Shown: piece by piece, positions 52,801 through 61,995 of the stretch
Position numbering within the stretch: the first letter of the stretch is position 1
Layout of the letters: every line of letters starts with the position of its first letter
Source: an uncultured virus (IMG/VR IMGVR_UViG_3300035698_019702)
Lineage: Duplodnaviria > Heunggongvirae > Uroviricota > Caudoviricetes
IMG/VR virus record: IMGVR_UViG_3300035698_019702
Length of the DNA stretch: 64,000 nt
Reading direction: 5' to 3' (one strand)
Notes under the pieces: generated by a model
What the model saw: the letters and a program-made list of their open reading frames with translations, nothing else
Databases searched by the model: none
What the model was told of the DNA's origin: nothing
Program-made: the position numbers and the translations under genes

Positions 52801-55800
52801 ACAAACATTTGCTATCATTTGTTGATAATCCACCATCAACAGAAGGTAGCACAAAAGGATTAGTTAACATACCATTCAAACTAGCAAACTCGACATATGG
52901 AATCGACACTGTACACTTAAACGGGCATTGGGAAAACTGGGTTCACTTTCTTGAATCGGGTAATTTGTTACTTGATTGGCCTAATATCGGCACACCTAGT
53001 ATTTCAAGGTCCAATGCCGTTCAGTTAGCATCTAACGCAATTAACTCTAAAGTGGTTACAAACAAACGTAACGAGTTGTTTGTAGCTTATGAAAGTCTAG
53101 AGTTTGGAACTAACCAGATCGTCATTAAAGGTACAGGCGATTTTGCTCAAGATTCTGTGACTGGTCCTAGAGGGTCAAGATTAACCAGATTCTTTGAGAG
53201 AAGGGATTTTGCCTATGAGCATATGATCACCTTGCCAGGAGAAGGAGTAAACCAACTTTGCGATCTGGTTGTTGACAATAACGATGTAATCCACGTTGTT
53301 TGGCAATCCAGTCGAGATACCTACTGGGAAATTTACTATGCTAATGGCAAAAACTTGTTCGAGCCTGTAAGGGTAACATCGGCAGAAAGCAGATCAGGAC
53401 ATCCTGCCATAGATATTGACACAGATGGCAACATTTTTGTCGTATATCATGATAACCGCTATGGTCCATTTGAGATTATGATGTCCTACAAGAATGAAAA
53501 ACGAGTCTTGCCTCTATTACAGCAGGATGCATATTTAGGAGGATTGCGTTCAGGTTACGAACATTACACGAACATTTTGCCGATATTAGTGGAAAATCCA
53601 CAAGAGCTTACACCGATTCCAGGACAGTTATGGGGAGCAAGAGCAAAATGTGCCGGTGCACGATTTGACCTTATTTCTCGTAAATCATTACGTCATGGAT
53701 GGCAAACTACGACTAACCCCTTTGGTGGTCATCAAATTAACGAGACTTCTGATCTTCCCGCCATTGGCAATAAAGTGTACATAGAGATTTGGGCTACAAC
53801 AATAGATGGAGATGGTTTTGGTCCCATTGCAGTTGATTTCCAATACAACTCTTCGTATTTCAGCAATCCTGTCATTCGCGGTGATACTGAATCAAGTTAT
53901 GGCAGATGGTACAATAGTCCACATCCACCAGAAGTTAACCCATCGACCGGCATTATCATTAACTTAGGTGGTTCATCTGATCCTGACCAACTTCTTATAG
54001 CCCCCTATTGGGGTATGGTAGCCAGTATTGAGTTAACTTTGGCAGCCTTACCTACTGAGGAAATTAGTTTCTCTGTAGCTGATACACTGAACCCCAGCAA
54101 CGGACTTAGTCTTGGAATCACAAACAGCATTGGTGAAGAAATTACTGATGTAAGTTACGACACGATATACCTTACAAGCAACAGCAACAGACACAAGGAA
54201 GAGTATGCTTGTCTGCATCCATCTAACTTCTTATTTGATGTAGATGAAGAAACTGCCATGATTGGTGAATATGTTGATGGTATCAGACAATGGAGGCATG
54301 GTGGAGGCAACATAGAAGATTATAAAATTTCTGCCATTGCCGGTTCAACAATGGGTGATTTCTATGGAGTCACTACTTCTGGTTTGTTGCTCCATATGTC
54401 TTCTCGTACCAACGATCCATACGTCTATATAGAACCGTCAGGAATAGATGAAGTAGGAACTATCAACCTCCCTCTTGACAATTATGTGATAACTGACGCT
54501 ACTGTTGATACACAGAGTTTCCATTTGTGGGTCATGCTGGCGGGGGTCGATGATCTAGGTGCTTCAAATATACTGGTAATGGAGGTGGACCCATTAACTG
54601 CAAACACAGTCCGAGAGTCCACGGTGTACGTCAACTTAGATGAGTTAAGAGGTTCTATCACATGTACATCAGGTGGAGAATTCCATATGATCACTTACCG
54701 AAGTGATAGAATCATTTATTCGTCAGCCGAATTTCCTGTTCTTGGATCAACATCAGCGGTATTTGATTTTGATGACGTAAACGATAACGTAGGGGATTCA
54801 CTTGATGGTACGTTTGTAACTGACTTCACTGCCGACTATGCTGATACAATCTATGTGGTGGATGATGACCTAGTGTTGTACTCAATTGAACGAGACTCTG
54901 GTGTAGTTACCAAGATTGATGTTATTACTGATCCAGATGATTTGATGACCAGCCACTCTGTTTTAATGCTGTCATCTATGGGTGGGCTGGGATACCAGTT
55001 TACAGGTAAGTATTCTAACATTGCTGACGCAAAATACTTCAATGTTTTGATCGAATTCTATGACAACAAAAACCTAGAAGGTGATCCATCTATTGTAATA
55101 GATAGCCGAGAAAACTCTGAGGCGTTTATCAACGACAGGACATTTCAGAGTGAGTATATGACTGATGAATACGAGTCAAGTGCCCGCGGTATCCAATTAG
55201 CTGCTGGAGAAACTGGATATATGTTCTTTGAAGCTGCTCACTACCGTCCAGGGTATATTAACCTGGGATACCCATATGGATTCGAGAAAAACAAGGCATA
55301 TTTCCCGAAAGCCTTTAGTGTCGATACTTTGGGCAATGTTCAGGAAGTAACATCTACTCAAACGGTGACTTTTTCTTGTGGTAAATGCTCTGCTACGAGT
55401 GATAACAGCTTTGATAGTGGTGGATGCTCATACTCGTTCATTGTGACTAACAACACCTTCGAGGCCAAATATTTCAACTTCAAGGTTGATTTCTATGCAG
55501 ATGAAGATAGGAAGTCTATAGTTAGACGATTTGAGTTATTACCCGGCCACGATGATCTTGCTTATTGCGAGGTAGACAACCAGGCTGCCGATCCATTATG
55601 GACCAGCAAGGGACTATTGTTGCAGCCAAATGATGTTAAGTTTGTGCAGGTCTACCCCGCATTAGACCCAAGTGCTGGATTTTTGTGCGGAATTAGCTAT
55701 CATATGCGCGTTTTGAGTTGTACCTCGGATACAGGGGTATGTAGCGATGAGGAGTTTAGTGTTACATTCAGTGATGCCGAATGGGATCAGTCGTCCCTTG

Positions 55801-58307
55801 CAGATAACTTAAGCAACGATGACCAATCAACCGATATCACTCAAATTGGTGACAAACTGGCTATTGCATACCGAGATAGCTCTGGGTACTTGAAATATGG
55901 TGTGTTTGATGGTTTAAAATGGGTCATCGAAACAGTTGATGTCTGTAACGGCTATGGAGTTTCGTTGGCAGAGTTTGACGGACAACCCGCTTTAGTTTAC
56001 ACCTATGACGTAGATTTAAGATATGCCGTAAAAGATAGGCTAACAAAAGAGTGGGACATCATAACCATAACCCAGCGCGCTCTCTATCAGATGAGAGCAC
56101 CCAACCTTGTATCTTATAATGATGGTACTCTCGCTGTGGCATATTGGTCGTCAGAACCTGGAATTAACGTACTTCTCTATGCGTATAGCGATACAGGTTT
56201 TGCCTGGACGAACGAAATTGTAGAAGTGACTACAACCGGTTGGTCTTTACGAAGTGAAATAGGCCATGCCTTTATTAATGGAAAACCTAGATTAACATTT
56301 GCCAACGGCGACAACTGGTATTATTACACAAAATCTGATGGAGCATGGACTGGAAAAGCAATTACTGTAAACGGAACTACTACAAGGTTTGTTAACTTGA
56401 TAAGTTATAATGATGCTCCGTTCATAACTTATAGAGAGGACTATAATGGTAGTCGTGGTTTTCTAAGATGGGCAATATCCGATGACGATGGTGATAGCTG
56501 GAGTCAAAATAACGTTCTTGATGGTATTGAAAACGGAGTCGGTGAATATGTCGATTTGAAACTAGTTAAGGGTAAGCCTGCTGCTGTTTATTGCAATTAT
56601 AATAGTCCTTACAATATCAAGTTTGCCAGAGAAATTGACCTTTCCAAAAATCGATGGGATATTACCGTCGTTGATGAAGATACTCAATGGACAAACGGGA
56701 ATCCACGGGATGTCAGGAAATCTCTGGCTGATTTTAACCAACAAGCAGCAGTATTTGCCCCAATAGACCCAGCAAGGGTTTACCTGTCTGACCCTGAGAG
56801 AGTTATTTCAGGAATAAAGCCAACATATTTTTGCGAATGCTCAAGTACTATTTTTGGAGATGATCAACTTCTTCCTTTATCTGAAATCGGTAAATGGAAG
56901 TCTAGTGGACACGGATATGCTGATACTCGTTTAACAGAGACACCAGGTGACACATTGAGGCCGGATATTGTGGTGCGTCATACTGAGAGTGCAATTATCA
57001 CTTTTGAGGATCACTCTGGTGCTGAGCCTGCAATCAAGGCTACATCATTTACCGCTGCTACAGATGAGGCATTCGGCTCTGGTACTAGAAATTGGTACGA
57101 TTTTGACCCTGGGTTAATTGGCAAAAACGTATCTGCTGATCTGGATTTCAATCAGTTAATTGAGATAGCTTTTGAACGACAGGTTAAGGAATCGACTTTC
57201 AAGAGCCAATTACCAACCAACCAAGTGCTCTTGTCTAGTTACGATTATCGAATAACTGACAACAGAGGTGCTGCGGGGGCTGGGCCTGGTGTGTCTTCTG
57301 ACAGATGCAACATCGAAGAGCTTGAGAACAATATCATCTCTAGTGATCCATTCTTATCAAATCAAGTGGTTAAACAAGTGAGAGTGAGGGAGGAATTTGT
57401 TCAATATTTTACCTATAATAGTCAAGGAAAACCCACGCCTGTCGTCAATGCGTGTGAAATTGGCATAGAGATTGTTGGCACTCCCGAGGTTATTGCTGTA
57501 AGGACCAGAAATTCAGAAGGTGCAGTTTCATCGTGGTGTTCTTGGAATCCTTTAGTCGGTGATTACACAACCAAGATGCCCTATACTCTTACTAGAGGTT
57601 CTGGCGAGAAAGAAATTTGTATCCAAGCAATGACTTATGATGGAGTTACAACAGAGTTTTGTGTTCCAGTATATGCCGATTATAAGAAAATAATTTTTGA
57701 GATCAAGTTATACAGCGATAGTGGATATGCTGAAGCACTAACACAATATGATGGATTCTATGTGGCTTCTATTACTGATAATGAGGGTACTGTAGGCACG
57801 GATGGCAAACTGTATAAAACCGTTTATATTGAAATTATTCCTGGTGAACTTGTACCAGCAACTACCATTAGTTTCGATGTAATTCAACAAGGTGTTGGTG
57901 ATGTATTGAACCAACCTGCTGTCTGGATTGATGAAAAGCAGGTTTATCAAGGAGAATTCCGAATTTATAAGGAAGACAACGTAATCAACATCGATGGCAT
58001 GTCTCGTATTAGAGCAAAACTTCCTGGTGCTTGTGAAGAAGTTCAAGAAGCAGTTATTACCACTGGCACTTTTGCTAGGGATGTTTATAATACAATGACT
58101 GATAAACCATCTCAGAGCGTTGAGCAGACCGAGGAAGATGTGTTTGCGAGTCAACGAGATACTATCACAGGTCGATTGGGTATGGATATTGTTGTACGAC
58201 CAAACGATGATCCATTCCTTATTTTCGGTGATCCTAATTATAGCTTTAAGAAAGATGAAGGCGTTGAGCAACCTGGCATAATGCCCAATGAGGATGAGGA
58301 TGAGTAA
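46863..58307 (+). CDS. giant (3814 aa) adhesin/fibre-like virion protein 2
   Basis: Paralog of giant protein 1; FN3-like domain, GACC Cys repeats, VWA (DFMFVIDYSSSM), propeller-like repeats, C-terminal DDPFLIFGDPNY. Confidence 0.8.
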   Translation: MNVCLGPYHIKTPHFKNEGDANTFVNPFETRQIAVTTIKGVNKPPAIDAELMHEVLGEEFDTRWYECPSQKGRVYTIMPTACEVLISSFENGLDGDTSFGAGKYCFGKVYIKDKEPTDSGETCYTLFEFDGHLFQVRGTTSINSGEYDCDECSNDLSEVEKFDTETGTFGYKDYNRKNENTSLDYRIKTCDEVSPNEKQLSTLGIDDATSPSPDPPEWSTPPYATGRTSIRMISQQAFDTSGVEYRFDCPTDSTKSSGWQASRSYSATGLTAATQYGFKVQARDISDNYNETGFSEESWATTFGGTGVTDSGIIGAPSLEDCESQDDPQVLVRPSGDSITAYTYKDEDGASQIKLYLGPTSQTNMILYYRELSRGCLLNQNEDEFVVVNFEIYDDLVIPAAITAIGIGFLSGPLSGMVFHVNSIERGFQPSGLPKQTLSISASSNELSFEDSNNVCDVEWYLFDESLAPFSTSTPTVFSASLPTEFKKTTPQITLMDLPCYELGGTEVEEDVIHKFVGNHIKLDEDKVLTEIRMQFQVDEPTLAFWYVWESTQSWWHNCVMQKVTTITDTVMTTHSSGEFYQHLLADKYYVIGVILKYPRVTYRKESSDDVIAYHSGQLPGWIYKSHQKDYIMPPFYSVDIKGWYWEAGNATPRYWQLLCWDEEYTGDNTPGPPDGSFETGVFQLGTPEPEDDTDTDKDEFCFYGNTFSPRPKYSAGTIVDTNKWLNKYEQYIRANVGQKLYFAIYDNTPDHAIDNDVAPIWTKVVIADSDEPKWYSSGDINLEMEMGNDYILGVGQREWQHQPTWSETEFYHISMTGPYESMFFGYRWHAVKKDHMIALPDWAFPKNTGDSNRLYLQKLTIGSDDDSTMDAPVFALEREWISTGAASGYVGVARRGYGETFRFTGNSTYRPPDPGHIKNFKAWLKVPSGYVNPEVFFYIMSYHGNWRVFWESGPRQISIPLGDGFEGYVYASDLDIDLQIDWDVLSWMACVAWGNIPIEIGKNDNETSLYSPYATLFQGYVSTYEPPYAGDEDILFNSCSNHVVVDIEFSNTAAPPETLAACCFPSSVCQNLTQEECENAGAVWHQGEDCGSGFSCVIVPTGACCHAPTRGDIYLPPVCEVLSEEQCHAAGAFGVGLTNSTYRGDGTTCGPSSCLLGACCLDISTCSNLAYADCMSQEGIWRWPGSQCDQLMLSNTECDTYTTGACCVAITIEPHGCIDVDQTTCDLFGTYKMDWAGSGTRCSQIDCAIAGLGACCYGNAQCELLSELDCVISHSEDGEWQGEFTTCSEDLCVHRGICCLSDNSCVFTTQVDCENQGGTYRQDGGSCVGYSCTESRGACCLPNGYCEADFTQDNCETNSGTYLGDDTTCAGVECVIQTDIGACCLIDGTCFVGTRIDCEASLIESEYQGDGTFCSGSSAVECPVIKLTSEEALVLPSHTYLGKTVPSSKPSVTVAKNHFMIDGSQHQFVSYQAFENNQWNIYLRQVRTVLNNQDSSDPNYQAPFNILERPSFTLAPLQDSDFTQVQYTVVNSTITVTPGNDLCAMFKVTLPDGRCAYNCDEESSGEWTTIHPYGGAVPFPTTEVYVEAIYDINTCGLGFSKWALGSTFQGSFPPTPDDLGDEESGCVSISALYPAVDEWCHLQSNCVQTQLIDDPLCPSPYLGVTYKPSDLWLLQNGDDIVTRVKYNLGINILALTSETLTSGSGISGSVDFMFVIDYSSSMLPRINAVRNAITPFAQDLKNAGIDVRFGLCIYGRADSSENSMVTPSQPANAVICPDVTSVGNQAMFDGLTGFASGGFTTDVSALSVALNHWFYDKGAQAPGYSSIQFVSLDPRFEWRSNAARYIMLITDAHDHENNAVCTSYSNTSGDAISVITNEAAGTNASVILSICDAVDDTGCKDGTGYLSMSKASDWDSDVYFDVKGPYDLAFQSIFAKITTDLLQSTVMERDQPGFDPTFLKPAEILITYDGDLTDHWTQDKHLLSFVDNPPSTEGSTKGLVNIPFKLANSTYGIDTVHLNGHWENWVHFLESGNLLLDWPNIGTPSISRSNAVQLASNAINSKVVTNKRNELFVAYESLEFGTNQIVIKGTGDFAQDSVTGPRGSRLTRFFERRDFAYEHMITLPGEGVNQLCDLVVDNNDVIHVVWQSSRDTYWEIYYANGKNLFEPVRVTSAESRSGHPAIDIDTDGNIFVVYHDNRYGPFEIMMSYKNEKRVLPLLQQDAYLGGLRSGYEHYTNILPILVENPQELTPIPGQLWGARAKCAGARFDLISRKSLRHGWQTTTNPFGGHQINETSDLPAIGNKVYIEIWATTIDGDGFGPIAVDFQYNSSYFSNPVIRGDTESSYGRWYNSPHPPEVNPSTGIIINLGGSSDPDQLLIAPYWGMVASIELTLAALPTEEISFSVADTLNPSNGLSLGITNSIGEEITDVSYDTIYLTSNSNRHKEEYACLHPSNFLFDVDEETAMIGEYVDGIRQWRHGGGNIEDYKISAIAGSTMGDFYGVTTSGLLLHMSSRTNDPYVYIEPSGIDEVGTINLPLDNYVITDATVDTQSFHLWVMLAGVDDLGASNILVMEVDPLTANTVRESTVYVNLDELRGSITCTSGGEFHMITYRSDRIIYSSAEFPVLGSTSAVFDFDDVNDNVGDSLDGTFVTDFTADYADTIYVVDDDLVLYSIERDSGVVTKIDVITDPDDLMTSHSVLMLSSMGGLGYQFTGKYSNIADAKYFNVLIEFYDNKNLEGDPSIVIDSRENSEAFINDRTFQSEYMTDEYESSARGIQLAAGETGYMFFEAAHYRPGYINLGYPYGFEKNKAYFPKAFSVDTLGNVQEVTSTQTVTFSCGKCSATSDNSFDSGGCSYSFIVTNNTFEAKYFNFKVDFYADEDRKSIVRRFELLPGHDDLAYCEVDNQAADPLWTSKGLLLQPNDVKFVQVYPALDPSAGFLCGISYHMRVLSCTSDTGVCSDEEFSVTFSDAEWDQSSLADNLSNDDQSTDITQIGDKLAIAYRDSSGYLKYGVFDGLKWVIETVDVCNGYGVSLAEFDGQPALVYTYDVDLRYAVKDRLTKEWDIITITQRALYQMRAPNLVSYNDGTLAVAYWSSEPGINVLLYAYSDTGFAWTNEIVEVTTTGWSLRSEIGHAFINGKPRLTFANGDNWYYYTKSDGAWTGKAITVNGTTTRFVNLISYNDAPFITYREDYNGSRGFLRWAISDDDGDSWSQNNVLDGIENGVGEYVDLKLVKGKPAAVYCNYNSPYNIKFAREIDLSKNRWDITVVDEDTQWTNGNPRDVRKSLADFNQQAAVFAPIDPARVYLSDPERVISGIKPTYFCECSSTIFGDDQLLPLSEIGKWKSSGHGYADTRLTETPGDTLRPDIVVRHTESAIITFEDHSGAEPAIKATSFTAATDEAFGSGTRNWYDFDPGLIGKNVSADLDFNQLIEIAFERQVKESTFKSQLPTNQVLLSSYDYRITDNRGAAGAGPGVSSDRCNIEELENNIISSDPFLSNQVVKQVRVREEFVQYFTYNSQGKPTPVVNACEIGIEIVGTPEVIAVRTRNSEGAVSSWCSWNPLVGDYTTKMPYTLTRGSGEKEICIQAMTYDGVTTEFCVPVYADYKKIIFEIKLYSDSGYAEALTQYDGFYVASITDNEGTVGTDGKLYKTVYIEIIPGELVPATTISFDVIQQGVGDVLNQPAVWIDEKQVYQGEFRIYKEDNVINIDGMSRIRAKLPGACEEVQEAVITTGTFARDVYNTMTDKPSQSVEQTEEDVFASQRDTITGRLGMDIVVRPNDDPFLIFGDPNYSFKKDEGVEQPGIMPNEDEDE
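50042..51130 (+). repeat. eight tandem Cys-rich GACC repeats
   Basis: Units of G(A/I)CC-x(n)-C-x(n)-C-x(n)-(W/Y)xGxG..C-x(n)-C, about 40-50 aa each. Confidence 0.85.
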
Positions 58308-60361
58308 TGCTGATAGCACCTCAAATTACCAGACCATTTGAAAATTCCCAGTTCAATCTAGGGTCGGTTGAAATTACTTGGGAATCAGCCACCAATGTAG
58401 ATTTTACTGACTTTGGTAGTATCGAACAGTTTAGATATGACTGGGATCAAGATATAACTAAACTTCGTTGGCTTGATATACAGGCAATGCTAGAAGATGC
58501 CGCAGAAGATGCTGCTTATGGTGGCATGGATTATGTTGAGGAAATGTTTGCTGATCCCGCATCGAAAGCAACTTCTCCACCGTTACTTGACGGAACTAGT
58601 TTTAGTGACGAATTAGGTGATTTTACAGTCATACTTATTGAGTCTGTTTATGATACTAATTTCGAGTTTGATATTGTCAGTAGTACAACCGGTAAGAAAT
58701 ACAAGATCATATCTTCGTCACCATCTTATGATATCGTTGTCACCTTAGAAAGTCAGTCTGAGCCGTTAGATAGTGATTTTTTAACGCATGAAGTTGAATA
58801 CACTGATGACTGGAAGGGTGAGAATACTGTTTGGTCTGTCATAAATCGCCGCATTCCATTTATCGATACGTCACTCACTTGGACAGTGGGTAAAATGGTT
58901 AAGAGTAACAAGGTGCGACTCAGAATGCGTACCAAGTATATGACTACTGAAGCAACCTCGCAATGGTCGGTCGGTCATTTATTCTCAATCAACGTTTTCA
59001 AACTTGTGTCCCCAGCAATCATAAGCCCAATATCTAATGTATTGTATTCTGATTTTCTAATGATCATACTTGATGAGAGCCAGACGCAGAATACTTTCCA
59101 CCAGAAAGTCAGGTATACTCTTGAATACTCGTCACTTAAACAAGAGATAGGATGGACTGTAATAGCCAAAGATGTCCCTCCAGGTCGGAATATTATACGA
59201 TGGAATCTTGATGACGTTCAATCATCGGATGACTACATTTTGCAGTTAACAGTTCAAAATGTATCAACATCATGTGAAAGCACGGAAAGCAACCCTGACC
59301 AAATTGCTAGAGCGTTTGTTTATAACATTCATGTGCAGCAGTCTGGAATGTTTATTGTTGATACTGTACCACCACAGGCAGTGCTAGAAATAGGCGAAAC
59401 AGGACAAGTAACTAACCAGCTTAACCAGGTCTTAAGTATTTTTGCTGAAGATGTCACAACCGATATCCGACAGATTCAGCTTAGGGAATGTGATGTAGGC
59501 AACTCTTTACTCTTAGGCGAATTAGATGTAGAATCAATTGAAGATATAGATAATGATGGTGGTGGCTTACCTGGTGAAGTTCCGCCCACGGAAGACGCGC
59601 AGTGTCCACCACCAGTAGACTTGATGGATACTAGAAATTTTGATAAGCTGATTACGGACTCTCCTATCGGTAATCTCTCCAAAGTACAATGGGTATTTAA
59701 TGAACTAGATTCTGATGGCAATCCGGTTAGTGCGGTGAAAAAAATAGAAGCCCTGCTTACTGATATGGGAGGAAACACTTCATTACAAGACAGAACAAAA
59801 GTATTCTTACCTATATTTAACGACACGAACACGATCAACGACTTTGCAATTGTTATAGAGCAGAGGGAAAAATTCGCATTTGATGGTCATACTACAGAAA
59901 GAGAAACCGCATTTTATGAGGTAGTTTATGTAGGTACCTCGAAAGGAGAGCTATGGGTTTTAGAACCTTATGCCAGGCTGTTGTATACAGTTACCGATCA
60001 TCCTGATATAGACAGGGTATTTGAATTTAATGATTCGCTCTATCTGTTTGCCTATAATGCTTCCACAGACAAAGGCGCTGTGTATAGACACGATGGAGCT
60101 GAGCCCACTTTGCTCAAGGAATTTGACGCTGGATTGGGCGTTGTGACAGGAATGGCAGAATTTGATGATTCAATGTTTATTGGTCTTCAGAATGGTAATC
60201 TGTGGGAATATAACGGCTTCGCTTTCAGTTTGAAGAACTCATTTGATGAGCCGGTTCATACGTTGTTTGGGGATAAAAATTACCTGTACATTGGCTTCCA
60301 GAACAGTAACGCTCTTGTACTGTATAATGGAACAGAATATATAGAGTTGAGTGTAGACTGA
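58307..60361 (+). CDS. virion structural protein with Ig/FN3-like and propeller-like segments
   Basis: 684 aa; YTLEYSS..WTVIAKDVP..IRWNL (FN3-like), VDTVPP, and C-terminal FIGLQNGNLWEY repeats. Confidence 0.55.
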   Translation: MLIAPQITRPFENSQFNLGSVEITWESATNVDFTDFGSIEQFRYDWDQDITKLRWLDIQAMLEDAAEDAAYGGMDYVEEMFADPASKATSPPLLDGTSFSDELGDFTVILIESVYDTNFEFDIVSSTTGKKYKIISSSPSYDIVVTLESQSEPLDSDFLTHEVEYTDDWKGENTVWSVINRRIPFIDTSLTWTVGKMVKSNKVRLRMRTKYMTTEATSQWSVGHLFSINVFKLVSPAIISPISNVLYSDFLMIILDESQTQNTFHQKVRYTLEYSSLKQEIGWTVIAKDVPPGRNIIRWNLDDVQSSDDYILQLTVQNVSTSCESTESNPDQIARAFVYNIHVQQSGMFIVDTVPPQAVLEIGETGQVTNQLNQVLSIFAEDVTTDIRQIQLRECDVGNSLLLGELDVESIEDIDNDGGGLPGEVPPTEDAQCPPPVDLMDTRNFDKLITDSPIGNLSKVQWVFNELDSDGNPVSAVKKIEALLTDMGGNTSLQDRTKVFLPIFNDTNTINDFAIVIEQREKFAFDGHTTERETAFYEVVYVGTSKGELWVLEPYARLLYTVTDHPDIDRVFEFNDSLYLFAYNASTDKGAVYRHDGAEPTLLKEFDAGLGVVTGMAEFDDSMFIGLQNGNLWEYNGFAFSLKNSFDEPVHTLFGDKNYLYIGFQNSNALVLYNGTEYIELSVD

Positions 60362-61995
60362 TGTCCGAGATCATAACTAGAAGAATATCCATACCGGCAA
60401 CCTATGCTGCGTCTATTCAGCCTGCCAAAGTTACCACTTTTCCTATTGAAATTTTGGATAGGGCCATCATTCCGTATTATGGTGTGTTTGAAACAGACTT
60501 GACTGCCACAGAGTATACTAGATACTTCAGGTCAACGAGTAACATATACGATATAATCAAAGTGGAATTGGAGTTTTGGCATAACAAAATAGATGTTGAT
60601 ATTCCAATTACCTCTTTTGAATTTGTAGAATTGACATCACAACCGAGCAGCTCAGCAGGGCCTGCGATTGTCTTAGAGATCGCAGGTGGTACTGTATGGA
60701 AAACTCAACAACTGCATAGTGCTGCTAAAACCAAAGAAACTGTTATATTAGGAAATGGCTCTGCGGCAACCGCATGCACATGGTTTAACACTCAAATGTC
60801 AGGAGGATTGTGGTTTGGGTTAGGTATTAAAGGAAGTCAAGATGCAGGAGATGGCACAGCAGAATTAGGGAATCTATCTACTCTTGAGGATGAAGGAGAG
60901 TACTGGAGAGAAGCAGATGCCGATGAAATTGCTACCCCGCCGAAGTTTATTATCACTTGGCAGGAATCTATAGATGAGACTAGATTTTCCTCATTTGCTA
61001 TGAGATATACTACTGCTGATCCAACAACGAGCCAGAACACACCTAGCAACAGTACTGGTGGATATGTTGCCCCTAATGAAATATACACCGCAGGTCAGAT
61101 TGATGAGTTTTTAAACTCAACACAAACGTATATCCAGCTATCAAGTGATACCACCATAGCTGAGAATTCTGGCTTGGTCCAAGTTGGTCCTGAGATCGCA
61201 CGTTTTACTATCGCCAACGAAAACACAAATCAACTATTAGGTGTAACCAGGGGTGTTGCTCCGGCTGCATATCCATCTAGTATCGTTCCAGAGAGAGAAG
61301 AAATAAGGTTCTTGCAGATCGATAATTTATTTGATACTCGTCCAACTGAGGAACTGGTACAATACAGATGTGTGGCTTTTGTCGTAGAGAACACATCAAT
61401 ATCCGATGTCACGGTCTATTTGAGGCAATCATCAACTGCTGATGTCCAGGTGGATGTGGGAATTGAGACTCCTCTCTTTGATATCAGAGAGGATGAGCTA
61501 GATGTAACAGTGACAAATTCTAATGTTTTTGCTATGTCTGGTGAATCCCTAATATATCCACGAACAGGGGTTGCTTTGCTAGAATCGGGCTCTGATCTGT
61601 ATGAAGGCGGATATGCCTTAATCGATTACGATGGAACTTCCGAGTTAGTTTTGATCTCAAGTTGTGATGTAAGTGATGATCAAACTCAAGCGACGTTTAT
61701 TGCTGATAGGGCTTTCTCAAAAATATCAGGCACATTGGTTAGAATTTTACCAGCACCTTGTCAGCGATTTTCAAATGATTCTACTGTTCCCGTCTATAAT
61801 TCTAACAGGTTTTTGGGGTTTTTCGGGGACGGTGGATCAAACAGCCCTAATAACTTGGATCGTGATGGTGGCAATCTGTATAGGCCCTATGATACATTTT
61901 ACCTATGGATCAAGCGAACTTTAGTAAGTAACAGCATTACTAATAATGCTACAGGTGCAATTGTGTATATCAGATACACAGAGGAATCGTCATAA
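60361..61995 (+). CDS. putative virion structural protein
   Basis: 544 aa, beta-rich and acidic; overlap-coupled to both neighbours. Confidence 0.55.
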   Translation: MSEIITRRISIPATYAASIQPAKVTTFPIEILDRAIIPYYGVFETDLTATEYTRYFRSTSNIYDIIKVELEFWHNKIDVDIPITSFEFVELTSQPSSSAGPAIVLEIAGGTVWKTQQLHSAAKTKETVILGNGSAATACTWFNTQMSGGLWFGLGIKGSQDAGDGTAELGNLSTLEDEGEYWREADADEIATPPKFIITWQESIDETRFSSFAMRYTTADPTTSQNTPSNSTGGYVAPNEIYTAGQIDEFLNSTQTYIQLSSDTTIAENSGLVQVGPEIARFTIANENTNQLLGVTRGVAPAAYPSSIVPEREEIRFLQIDNLFDTRPTEELVQYRCVAFVVENTSISDVTVYLRQSSTADVQVDVGIETPLFDIREDELDVTVTNSNVFAMSGESLIYPRTGVALLESGSDLYEGGYALIDYDGTSELVLISSCDVSDDQTQATFIADRAFSKISGTLVRILPAPCQRFSNDSTVPVYNSNRFLGFFGDGGSNSPNNLDRDGGNLYRPYDTFYLWIKRTLVSNSITNNATGAIVYIRYTEESS

